64,000 nt of DNA, taken from the human T2T-CHM13v2.0 reference genome, Homo sapiens. Made by a program: the position numbers and the translations under genes. The notes under the pieces are model-generated. The model had not been told where the DNA came from. It searched no databases and was given only the letters and a program-made list of their open reading frames with translations. This document shows, piece by piece, positions 34,072-53,290 of the stretch; within the stretch, counting starts at the first letter, position 1, and each line of letters starts with the position of its first letter. The stretch lies in the NCBI RefSeq assembly GCF_009914755.1, contig NC_060936.1, one strand, 5' to 3'.

Positions 34072-34975
34072 GTCAGTGCATAGAAGCACATGCACCATCA
34101 CCCAGAGCTCAGCTGGCCCCAGCCCCCTGCAGGTTCTCCAGGCCCCTACTCCAGAGCTGCTAGGATATGAAGAAAAAGCAACAGAGAGGAGGGAGAGCAG
34201 AAAACAGAGGGAGAAAGCAAATAGTGGTCAGGAAAGAAGCAGAGACGGCAGAGGGAGCCTCTGAGGAAAGGAGATGACAGAGAGGTGGTGACAAAAAGCC
34301 CAAGATGCAAGGGGAGGAGAGAGTTAGAGAAGCAAATCCAGTTGGAAAAGAGGCAGGAACATAACCCAAACCCCAGTCTCCACCACATGTCCCATAAATA
34401 CAGAGGGTCAAGTCAAGCAGCCCCCACCCAATGCTGAGAAAGCAGGAGCTTCCTTCAGCCAGCCTCAGCGAGCTTGGTCCAGAAGTGGCCCCCACTCTTG
34501 CCAGCCACAGGCAGGGCCCCTGTAAGCCAGGCACCCAGAGCATGGTATTCAGCAGTGCCAGCCTCAGGGCAGGCCTGTAAAGCTTGTCTCAAGCCGGCCA
34601 CGCCTGCACCCCACCTACCTCTCTCCCTCCAAAACTAGAGAAACCCCTGCCTTTCCCCCAAAAGCAAGCAGACCCCTGTTCCCACACCTGCCAGAAAGGG
34701 GAAATGAAATGTTTAATGTTCCCTGCACCCAGCCTTTCTGAGCTTCAGTGAGGGGCCCTCCAGGAGCCTTCTCCTCCTCCTCATCCTGACCACGTGGGCC
34801 ATGGTGCATGCTGCAGTCTATGCAGTTTCTGTGTCTTTTCTGTTTGTTATTTTCCCAGTGGGGGGGTTAGGGTGGGCTGAGGGTGGGTTCTGGGCAGGGG
34901 GCCCAAGCTGGGATCACAGAGAAGGCTGCTCCACCAACTCCCGCTTTGCCTCTCCCCTTCTTCCCCCACCGCCAG

Positions 34976-35143
34976 ACAATGACTGTGGGGACAACAGTGA
35001 CGAAGCCGGCTGCAGCCACTCCTGTTCTAGCACCCAGTTCAAGTGCAACAGCGGGCGTTGCATCCCCGAGCACTGGACCTGCGATGGGGACAATGACTGC
35101 GGAGACTACAGTGATGAGACACACGCCAACTGCACCAACCAGG
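34976..35143 (+). CDS. LRP1: LRP1 exon 20, C-half of CR6 + CR7
   Basis: 168 nt; [31 protein letters not shown]. Confidence 0.97.
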
Positions 35144-35789
35144 GTGGGCACCAGGGGCCCGTGGGGTGGGGATGAGATCGAGCCCCCTGCATCAGACACC
35201 CAGCCTATCCATCTGTCTTTCAGACCCACGGTGTGTCGGCCACCATCTGGGAGCCAGAGGTAGCCTAGGCATGGCTCTTGTCCTTCAGGAGCTCCCGGTC
35301 CTGTGGGAGAGGGAGGTTGCCGAAAAATCATTGCCACACGCTGTTAATATCATGCGCTTTGCAGTTGGTGGCCTTGGGTTTGAGCTCCAGCTCTGCAGCT
35401 TATTATCTGGGTGGCCTTGAGCAAGTTACTTAATCTCCATGGGCCTCTGTGAGTTTCGTCTGCAAAGTGGGGTAATAATAGCACCAACATCACAGCGCTG
35501 ATGTGGGAGTTTAGTGAGATCACGCACGAAAAGTGCTCAGCACACGGCCTGTGTTTGGTAAATAGTAGCTTGAGAAAAGGATGCTGCAGGCAGGGATGAA
35601 TGAGCCTGAAGAGACAGAGGAGAGAGGGCCTGGCTCCACAAGGCTCCCAGTGCCCTGGCCTCTGGGGCCCAGCCTCGGGGGCGGTGGGGACCTAGTTTTC
35701 TGGAGGGATGGGCCCTCTCAAGGAATGCTGGCTTCCTAGCTCTGGAAGATGTGCAGATTTTTATGTGAAAACTACCAAATTTTTAACAC

Positions 35790-36678
<889 letters not shown>

Positions 36679-37886
36679 TACAGACCAAACTCTTCCTGCA
36701 GGCCTCATCTGACCCATGGACCACTAGATTACAGCCTCTGCCTTATAGAGTTAGGGCACATTCCCACCCTAGTAGGAGAAGACTGGACAGCGTTGAGTGC
36801 CCACCTTGAGCCCTGCCCTGAGAGGGAGGACAGAGAAGGCCACAGGAAGCTTGGGAAATAGTAATTGCGTCTCCAGGGCTATCTCTGTGAAGGGGAGGGT
36901 GAGGGGCACAGGTGATATCCCTTAGGGTTCTGAGAAGGGGCCTCTGGAGGCTGTGTGGTGTGGTGAGAAGAGCTCCCTGCCGCTCCCAGATAAGCTGGGC
37001 AAATTTGGACAAGTTGCTTCCCCTGAGCCTGGGCATCCTCCTTTATGAAATGAGCTGAGGTATGTGAGGCCTGGCGTGGAGGAGCAGGGTGTCACTATTG
37101 GTAGCAGTTGTTAACTATGGTATGAGCTGGATGGTCTGGGACCATTCAGGAGGAGTTGTGTTTAGACTGCAGGTAAATGGACAGGAGGGAGGGTCTTCCA
37201 GTGGGGATGGCATGGTCCGGAGAATGCTGTCGTCAAGACTTAGAGGGTGAAACTGAGCACTTCCGTAGGGTGACAGTGGGGCCAGGTGGAGCCGTTCAGA
37301 CCGAGGGAAAGGCTCGTGCAGGGACAGTGGGGAATGAGGCTGTCCTCAAAGGGGGCAGATGATGACAGCAGGTGTAAATCGTGAGAGGCTTGATTTGGGA
37401 GGCACTGGGAACCTTTGAAGGATTTCCAAGCCGGAAGGTGCTGTGATGTAGGAGGTGATTTCGGAACACAGCCCTAGAGGAAGATTAGATTGAGAAGAGG
37501 TTCAGGGGCCCCAAGAAAGGAAAATCAGTTCAGAGACTGCTGCTGAAAGTCCCGGCATGAGATGAGAGCATCAGCTGGGTCCAGGGTAGGGAAGGGGGAG
37601 GAGCGGGGTGTCTGTGGCAGCATGAGTGTATGAGTGTGGGGCTCCACCAGGCAGTGCTCCTGCTCCTCTCCTGGCCTCCTGAGTCAGATCTCAGGACAGC
37701 AGCCAGAGTGATCCTGACAACATAAGTCAGATCATGCCCTGGCCCTGCCCTCCAGCCTGTACTGGCTCCCTGCACCCTTGGAACAAATGCCAAGCCCCTC
37801 TGCACGGCCTGCAGGGCCCCCACCCCTACCCCTCTGACCTGCATTCCTGCCCTCCCCTCCCCCTGCACTCTACTCCAGCTGTGGCG

Positions 37887-38303
37887 TTTTCTTTTTTCTT
37901 TTTTTTTTTTTTGAGATGGAGTCTCCCTCTGTCGCTCAGGCTGGAGTACAGTGGCGTGATCTCGGCTCACTGCAAGCTCTGCCTCCCGGGCAGCTGTGGC
38001 GTTTTCTTTTCTTTCTTTTTTTTTTGAGATGGAGTCTCTCTGTCGCCCAGGCTGGAGTGCAGTGGCGCAATCTCAGCTCACTGCAAGCTCCGCCTCCCAG
38101 TTCACGCCATTCTCCTGCCTCAGCCTCCCAAGTAGCTGGGACTACAGGTGCCTGCCACCACGCCTGGCTAATTTTTTGTATTTTTAGTAGAGACAGGGTT
38201 TCACCATGTTAGCCAGGATGGTCTCGATCTCCCGACCTCGTGATCCGCCCGCCTTGGCATCCCAAAGTGCTGGGATTACAGGCGTGAGCCACCGCGCCTG
38301 GCC
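37887..38303 (-). mobile_element. Truncated Alu + full AluY-like, nested in L2
   Basis: Duplicated CAGCTGTGGCGTTTTCTTTT at 37876 and 37991. Confidence 0.88.
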
Positions 38304-39002
38304 TGTGTGCTGTTTTCTGAAGTGCTGGCGTAGTCCTATCTCGGAGATGAGACTTTGCAGCGGCTGTTCCCCTTGCCTGGAGTGTGCCTCCAGGGATCCT
38401 CTGGGCTCACTCGCTCTTCATGCAGGCCTCTGCTCAGATTCCTTCTGCCCAGAGGTCTTCCCTGACCATCTTACCTGACAGATCACCCCCATCCCTCTCA
38501 GCTTCTACCCAGCTTTATCTCCATAGCTTTATCAATACCTGAAATTACAGTCTAGATTTATGGGTTATGTCTTGTCTCTCTTCCCCATTAGAACCTAAGC
38601 TCCATGAGGGTAGGGACTTTGTCTGGTTCAGTGCTGGCCCCAGGACAGCGCCTGGCACACAGGAGGCACTCAGTAAACATTTGTGGCATGAATGAATGAA
38701 ATAGAGGCTAAGGAGGTGGGCATTTGGGCTCAGGCCTTAGCAAATTGCTTCTCCAGCTGAGATCTCCGGTGTCAATGGGGGGATTAGATGAGGTGATTGT
38801 GGGGCCCTTGGAGGTGTGATGCCTCCTGACTCTACTACTGAGTTGGTGCTTCCAAGGAGTGTCAGCAAAGCTTGGCAGACTCTCCAGGCCTGCCTCTGCT
38901 CATATCCCCAGGCTGGGCTTACCGGGGTGGCAGGGCACAGGGATGAGGAGGGCTGACCTGGGCAACCCCTCCCTCCTGAGGCCCTCCACTGTCCCTCTGC
39001 AG

Positions 39003-39185
39003 CCACGAGGCCCCCTGGTGGCTGCCACACTGATGAGTTCCAGTGCCGGCTGGATGGACTATGCATCCCCCTGCGGTGGCGCTGCGATGGGGACACTGAC
39101 TGCATGGACTCCAGCGATGAGAAGAGCTGTGAGGGAGTGACCCACGTCTGCGATCCCAGTGTCAAGTTTGGCTGCAAGGACTCAG
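39003..39185 (+). CDS. LRP1: LRP1 exon 21, CR8 + start of CR9
   Basis: 183 nt; [21 protein letters not shown]. Confidence 0.97.
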
Positions 39186-39598
39186 GTGAAGAGGATGGTT
39201 GGAGGGCGTCTGGAACAGCACAATGTGGGCATGAGGAGACCGTGTTGAGAGCAGAGTAGCGGCAAAGGGGATGGCACTGTGCTGTGTGGAGTGGTGCTGG
39301 GGACAGTGCAAGGCAAAAGGCAGTCCAGAGGAAGCTTGTGTGTCATGGGTGGGGGAAGGCATGAAGGGCCAGAGCCTGCACAGAGGACCTGAGAAGCCAA
39401 AACCCTACCAGAGTTGAGCTTCAGCACCTCCTGCTGCAGATTCCTGCCTTGTTTGTTGCCTATGTGAATTTGACCCAAAAAGCCTCGGGGTTCCTCGTGG
39501 ACCCCACAGCGTTGCAATCCTGACCCTATTAGAGAAGCCCACAGGGTCTGGAAGGAAGGGCAGGGGGAGCCCCAGTCCCCGGGCCTGGGCCCTCATAG

Positions 39599-39892
<294 letters not shown>

Positions 39893-40245
39893 TGAGTCTA
39901 GGAGAGAGCAGCTCTGGCAGCCGGGCAGGCGAGCAGCACCCAGAGTGGTCACCAGCAGCCTGTGTGGACCTGGCGCTCCCCATGGCGCTGTGCTGAGTGA
40001 GCCACGCCATTAGAGCAGTTTATCCACAAGGCATCCCTGGGGGCCAGGTGCTCTGTTTTCTCCGTTTGACAGATGGGAGCACTGAGGCATGGAGGGGTTC
40101 CATAGTGGTCCCCCAGACTTGGGCCAAGGTAGTACAGCTCCTAAACTGCTGTGGAGACTCAGACCCCTTGCCCACATGCATACCACAGAGAGATGCGGAG
40201 TGCTCTTGTGGAGACAAAGGCACCAGGGTTGACTGCTGATGGTCA

Positions 40246-40673
<428 letters not shown>

Positions 40674-41260
40674 TCAGGGAGGACCATGTGGTGTGACTTG
40701 GGGATGAGGAGCAGAGCAGCCTTATCTGGTCCTCTTAGCCAGGCAGAGCCCCCAGTTCCTTGGAAGGGAGGAGTGGAAGATAAGGCCACAGGGACTGGCT
40801 GGGAGAACTGCCGACAGGCTATCAGTCAGGCTGGCAGTTTCCAGGGTGTGCCAGAGGACCAAGGGTGGTATAGGCCCTGCTGCACCCCACCCCAAACCCC
40901 TCCAAATCAGGAGAGATCAGCACAAGGGGACTGGACCTAAGGACCTCCCAGGGTCCCTCCCAGGGAGGCAAAAAGCTGGGGCCCCCGCCCTGGGCCCAAG
41001 AAGGCAGGAACATATCGAGACCAGACAGAGATATTGAGGGGTGCTCCCTGTGGGAAGGGGAGGTATGGTGCCAGCTGGTGGGTGCAAGGGTCCCAACTCT
41101 GGTCCTGAGGGAGCCCAGGAAGTCCTGGGCTGAAGCTCAGCCTGAAGCTCAGCAGGAATGGAGACGAATGGGGCCGTGGGCAGGGCACAAGGACTTGGTC
41201 CAGGCTGCCCAGGACTTGGGGCCCAGCAGGGCCGTGGTCTTGCCTCCTCTCAGCTTCTGA

Positions 41261-41641
<381 letters not shown>

Positions 41642-41718
41642 TAGCCCCCAGTGCCCGGACCAGCAGAGACCTGCCTGCGCCAGGACGGGTGGCACACAGG
41701 CAGCTAGCCCCTTGCTGA

Positions 41719-41994
<276 letters not shown>

Positions 41995-42850
41995 TAGGGG
42001 CCACAGGTCCCATCCAAGTGGCCCCAAAGCAGAGGCTTGGCTCCCCCATCCCCCACACTTCTGTTAATTGGGTTAGATTTTGCTGTGGGTCTCCATGCCT
42101 GACGCCCCGTAATTATCGTCAGCAGAACTGCCAGCCTGATAATTAACAAAATGATCAGCCTTACCTTTGAATGGCCTGGAGCTCTGCTCCCCAGATCTAG
42201 AATTGCAGGCTTGAAAGAAAAAAGCCACTTAGGAGTGGCGTACCTGAACGCTGCTTTCTGTCCCAGGCAGCGTGGTGCACCCCAGACTTCCTTCAGTCAC
42301 ACACAATAGTGAGTGCCCACTGTACACACTGGGCAGTGGGCATGCAGCAGTGATCAAAACAGGCTGTTTTCAGTTGTGTGGTCAAGGAAGGTCCCCTGAG
42401 AAGGTGACATCTGAGCAAAGGCTTCTAAGAGGCACATTTTACTAGAGAAGTTTGTATTGTTTGTAATAATACAAACTTGAATTTGAAACCATTACAAATG
42501 TCCATCAACGAGGGGGGAGGCTAAGTAAACTGTGATGATATCCACACTGTGCAACAGTCTCTAAAACAATGAGGCACACACATAATGTATTAGCATGGAA
42601 AAATCTTTATGGCAGTCACTTGAGCTCAAGCAGTTGAGGCTGCCATGAGCCATGATCATGCCACTGCATCCAGCCTTGGTGACAGAAGACCCTGTCTCAA
42701 AAAAAAAAAAAAAGTTGGGGAGACAATAGGAGTCCTACTCTTGAATATGGGCACATCAGAAACTTTGGCAGAAGTGCCAGGGTTGAGGGTGGGTCATCGA
42801 GGGCTCCCAGGATTTCACACATTCATGCACAGCTCCCCAGGAGACGCTAA

Positions 42851-43445
<595 letters not shown>

Positions 43446-43770
43446 TGAGAAGGCCCAAGTCTGTGGCACCAGGACGGGGTGGGGAGGAACCTGTGGTGAT
43501 GAGGGTGATGAGAAGGACCAAGGGATCTAGAACTAGGAACGGTGGCAAAGGACTGGGCACAGGAGGAGGAGGACGGAGGGGCGTGGGGAGGCCAGGGCCG
43601 AGGGGAGGGGGCAGGTAGAGGAGGCGGAAGCAGGGCCATCAGCTGTGGTTATTCACACTGTACCATCCTCTCCACTCACCTGTCCTCTCCACTCTGTTCC
43701 CTCTGCTGGGGCTGTGTCTGCCCAGAGGGAGGGGAAACTTCTTTCTAATTGGTCTGCCCAGGGAGGGTGC

Positions 43771-43887
43771 CTTTTTCTTTTCTTTTTTTTTTTTTTTTTT
43801 GAGACAGAGTCTCGCTCCGTCGCCCAGGCTGGAGTGCAGTGGCGCGATCTCGGCTCACTGCAGGCTCCGCCCCCCGGGGTTCACGCT
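43771..43887 (-). mobile_element. 5'-truncated young AluY fragment
   Basis: Perfect TSD GAGGGTGCCTTTTTCT at 43763 and 43888. Confidence 0.9.
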
Positions 43888-44064
43888 GAGGGTGCCTTTT
43901 TCTGACTTTCATCAAAGCCCTGAGTGCTGACAGCAGCCCTGGGGAGAAGTGACCGAAAGATTCCCTTGGGGCTTGGGAATCGGGGCCTGAGAGGTGAAAC
44001 CTGGACCTGTTGGGTTCTCACACCTTGGTCCTTCTGTCTGTCTGCTCTGGCCAGCAAGGCTTAG

Positions 44065-44505
<441 letters not shown>

Positions 44506-44668
44506 TAGGAGAGGAGAGGGCAGTGAGAACAGGAGCAAGTCTGTGCTGGGATGGCAGGGGTAGGCCGGCTGTTGACAGAGGCACTGTCTAGCAGCAGAGA
44601 AGGGTCTAGTAGTAGCGGCTGCTGGAACAGGGGGAGGAGAGTGGGCGAGGAAGGGGTGGTCCATGTAG

Positions 44669-44881
<213 letters not shown>

Positions 44882-45065
44882 TGAGCAACTGAGGCTGGAG
44901 GGAAGGCCGCAGGCCCCAGGATCCCGGTTGTCAGCTAAGGCAGAGTCCCAGTCGGGAGGGTCCCGATAGGAGAGGCTCCAGAGACAGCCACTGTGAGAAG
45001 GGGCTGCAGGTCTGCCAGGGGGGCTGCACCCAGCGGGGTATGTCCACGGAGCCAAGGGCCAGTAG

Positions 45066-45524
<459 letters not shown>

Positions 45525-45527
45525 TGA

Positions 45528-45797
<270 letters not shown>

Positions 45798-45880
45798 TAG
45801 GGCCCAGGGCCGGGGAGCATGGGGTGTGGGGCTGGGAAGAAGAGGACCCTGACCTTTCCCTCTTGGCACCCTCCCCCCAG

Positions 45881-46339
<459 letters not shown>

Positions 46340-46424
46340 TGACGCAGAGCAGGCCAGGCCAGACCTACTGGGAGACAGGGGCTGGCTTGGGGCAGTCTCT
46401 CACCATGTGGGGCGGGCCTGATGA

Positions 46425-46862
<438 letters not shown>

Positions 46863-46959
46863 TAGGGTGGTGACCCCCATTAGGTCCAGGGTAGTCAGTG
46901 ACCATCCTGTTTCTGAGCAGCCCAAGCCTGACCCTGAGGTCCCAAGGAGGGCCACCTAA

Positions 46960-47238
<279 letters not shown>

Positions 47239-48062
47239 TAGGGGACACTGGACTATGAAGTGGCTATGACTCTCCAGTGCCTCCAGTAGGATTTTGGAAA
47301 AATAGATGTCAGCAGGCAGATCGGGGCAGCTGCATGGAAGAGGCATGCTCTGAGCTGGGTTTTCTAGGACAAGTAGGATTTGGATGCATTGTTCAAAGGA
47401 GAGGGAACTATACACAAGGCAAGGTGTGTGCAGGAGCCCCAGCCAAGAGTGGTGGGCAAAGTGTGGGGAAGTCCTGGAGATAAGGCTGTGAGCTAGGCGG
47501 GGCTCCTGTGTTCTGAGCCAGGAGTGCCTGGAAAGTGATGTTTGGGGAAGATCAACCTGGCCGCAATGGTGGTGGGGAAGAAACAGAGGCGGTTAAACCA
47601 GTTAGGAGGCCATTAGGAGTAATCAGAGTGTGAGATGATGGGCCTGGGCTGGGCTCAGTAAGGGTTGAAGAAAAGAAATGAAACCCAGACGCATTTCACA
47701 AGAACCTGCTAACTGATTTATGAGCTTGCTGGGGGACAGCATTTCCCAAAAGTGCATTCCTAGGAGCCTCCCTCTTTGATGTGGGTAGATTTTACCAAAA
47801 GAAACTCTGAGTTGAACAAAGTTTAAAAGTGTTTTGTGCTGCAGAACTTCTCAGAGCCTTGAATATGTTTATGTGTGCCAAGAATTTTTCAAGCGTTTGG
47901 GGTTTTCCAAAACTCACTTGACCATTCATTTTTTTTTCACTGAGTCTGAGCAACCAGGGACCATGTGGGGATTCACTTTGGGATGTGCTGTATCAAAGGG
48001 ATAAAGGCAAGGGAGGATTCTGAGGTGCATGGGTAGTGGTGCCTCAAGACATGGGAAAACTG

Positions 48063-48697
<635 letters not shown>

Positions 48698-49151
48698 TGG
48701 GATAACTGGGAATGAGACTGGCTTCGGAGTGACCTTAGGGGGTTGAGTTTTTGATGTTGGAGAGAGGGTGTGGCATAGACCAGACAGAGGGAGGACAAAG
48801 AGGAAACTAGGATCAGGCTGAGCACCAAACTGGAAGTCTAGATTTTGGAGTCACCTAGTCCTGATTGTCTGGTCTGAACTCCCAGACTTTCCCTAAGGAA
48901 CTTGCAGGGGTGCAGGGTTGGGTTGTGCTGGGTGGAGGCCGGCAGAGCACAGGGTGAGAAATCCGAGTCTCTGCTGCCCTCTCATGGTGGCTAGGGGTCC
49001 TGCAGGTGGTTCCCCAGAGCTACCAGCCAGGTGCGCTTCCTCCCGGCCCATGCTCTGGCCTCAGGCTAGGGTGTGTGTGCTGGGTGGAGGATAGGGATGA
49101 TGGTGGGGGGGGATGATATCAAAGGAGAAGCAGAGAACAGTTGGAGGGTGA

Positions 49152-49475
<324 letters not shown>

Positions 49476-49478
49476 TGA

Positions 49479-50049
<571 letters not shown>

Positions 50050-50133
50050 TGAGGAGCTGGAAAGACTGGCCTTGTCATTCTGCCCATGGCCCATGCTGAT
50101 GAGGCCCTGTCTCCTCCAGGGTCTGAGGACTGA

Positions 50134-50319
<186 letters not shown>

Positions 50320-50672
50320 TAGACCCCTGACCCAGGCTTCTGTTCCCTGTGATGAGCCCATTCTGGGAGGACTTGGAGCCCAGGGGAAGTCACAGGGTCT
50401 CCCAGCCCAGCCCTCCACCCAGAGTAGGACTCCTGCTACCACAGAGATGATGGGCAGGGGTCGCTCAGAAGTGGGGAGTGGGGGAGTGGAGAGATGCCTG
50501 GAGGTCACCTTATCAGCAGGGCAGTGGGCAGGAGTGTATGCAGGAGGCAGGAGTGAGTTAGGGGAGGCTGAACTGAGGGCCTCACTCTGGCCCAGGCACT
50601 CCCTGCTGCCCCAGACATGGGGCTGGCAGCGAGCTCAGCCCTGGAGGTGAGGTGGGTGCCTCTGGCCTGTAG

Positions 50673-50825
<153 letters not shown>

Positions 50826-50828
50826 TGA

Positions 50829-51756
<928 letters not shown>

Positions 51757-53100
51757 TAAGTCTTCCCAGGAAGTGGGTCATGGGGCGGGGAGCAGCACAG
51801 ACTCTTAGACCCCAGCCAGGCACTCTACCCTAGGTCTGAATCCCAGCAGCTACAACTCAGCTGAATCCAACTGCACCCCCGCAGTTACATGACTCCTGAT
51901 TTGGAGTCAGCGTCAGCCCCCGACTTCCTCCCGCCACTGGTCCTAGTTCTGCCTTCAGAGCTGCACAGAACAAGCGAGAGGTCTCTGTGGAGCCCAACGC
52001 TCACAAACCCAGGCTGCAGACATGGGGCTGAGCTCCAGTCACTTGGGCTTTCAATAACTTGGGTCAGTTTCCTGCTCTTGCCAAGCCTGAGCCTTCTCAT
52101 CTGCGTGGATGAGTGTCTCATCTGAGACAGGATTCCTCGAGCTGCTGCGCAGGAAGGCTTAGCTCAGTGATGCTGGGGACGGAGTGTGTGCTCTGGAAAG
52201 AGCAGTTACAGTGTCAGGGCTGTCATCACAGGACAGCCTTTCAGCTCTTTGAAAACTGCATCCTGCTACATTTTCTCTTCTTCAGCCTGGTTACCACCGG
52301 GTCCCTTGACTCATTCATTTGCTCATATATTCATTCAGCTGGTCCATAAAGACCTGCCAGGCACCGAACTAGGTGCTACGTATACAGACCTGTCCTTTCA
52401 GCCTTTTCTGGGACATTTTCTGCTGCACGTAGTCCAGCCTGCATGTCTGTCTAAAAATGTAGCATCCGAAGCTAAACTCGGTACTCCATGCTCGTAGCTT
52501 GATCAGGAGAGACTGGCACATCAATCCCCAGACCCCTGGAAGGGATGTCCCCTCACCTCCGGCTGTCTGCAGACCATACCACAGCATGGCCCTTTGGCAG
52601 CCACCATCGCTTATAGCCACTAACACTCTAGTCTTTTCTCTTACACTGCTGTTCGGCTGTGTCTCTCACTGTGCCTTGGTTCTTTAACCTGAGTTTAAGA
52701 TGTCTGCTTTATAAAATAATCAATCCAGCTCAGGGTCTTTTTAAGTAGGGGGCTCCCCAGTACAGCCCAAGCAGGATTTGATTTACAGAAATCTACATTG
52801 CACTCAGCTCAGCAGAACTGCAGCTCCAGGAAAGTGCAAACACACCAGAAAGCCCGATTGCCCTCAGTGGGAGAGGGTTGAGAGGTGACCACAGGTCATT
52901 TGAGTGAGGACAGCAGAGGTTGGGGGCACTGAGTCAGACCCTGGTGCCCCCGAGCCCTCTCTGCTGCACCTCTTGCACTCCCATACCCCACACTTCGCCT
53001 TCCAGCCAGGAGAGCACCTGCCCCAGGCTGTCCCCCACGGCTCCTGTGCAGGCTGCCCTCTGGGCCCTCCTGACAAATGGCTGCTCCTGTCTCTTCACAG

Positions 53101-53290
53101 ACGTGGGCTCCGTGGAAGGCCTGGCCTATCACCGTGGCTGGGACACTCTCTATTGGACAAGCTACACGACATCCACCATCACGCGCCACACAGTGGACCA
53201 GACCCGCCCAGGGGCCTTCGAGCGTGAGACCGTCATCACTATGTCTGGAGATGACCACCCACGGGCCTTCGTTTTGGACGAGTGCCAGAA
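53101..53290 (+). CDS. LRP1: LRP1 exon 42
   Basis: 190 nt; [25 protein letters not shown]. Confidence 0.97.

Noticed and set aside
35011-35016. Internal tgcAG in exon 20 as an acceptor that would let 19a swap only the CR6 half
   Set aside because: Wrong phase; joining gives a frameshift
43578-43616. G-quadruplex-like runs here and in many introns
   Set aside because: Ubiquitous in this GC-rich gene; nothing distinguishes this site
50615-50646. Apparent micro-exon (ccag|...GAG|gtgagg) before exon 39
   Set aside because: Downstream intron would be 26 nt, too short to splice; not frame-preserving
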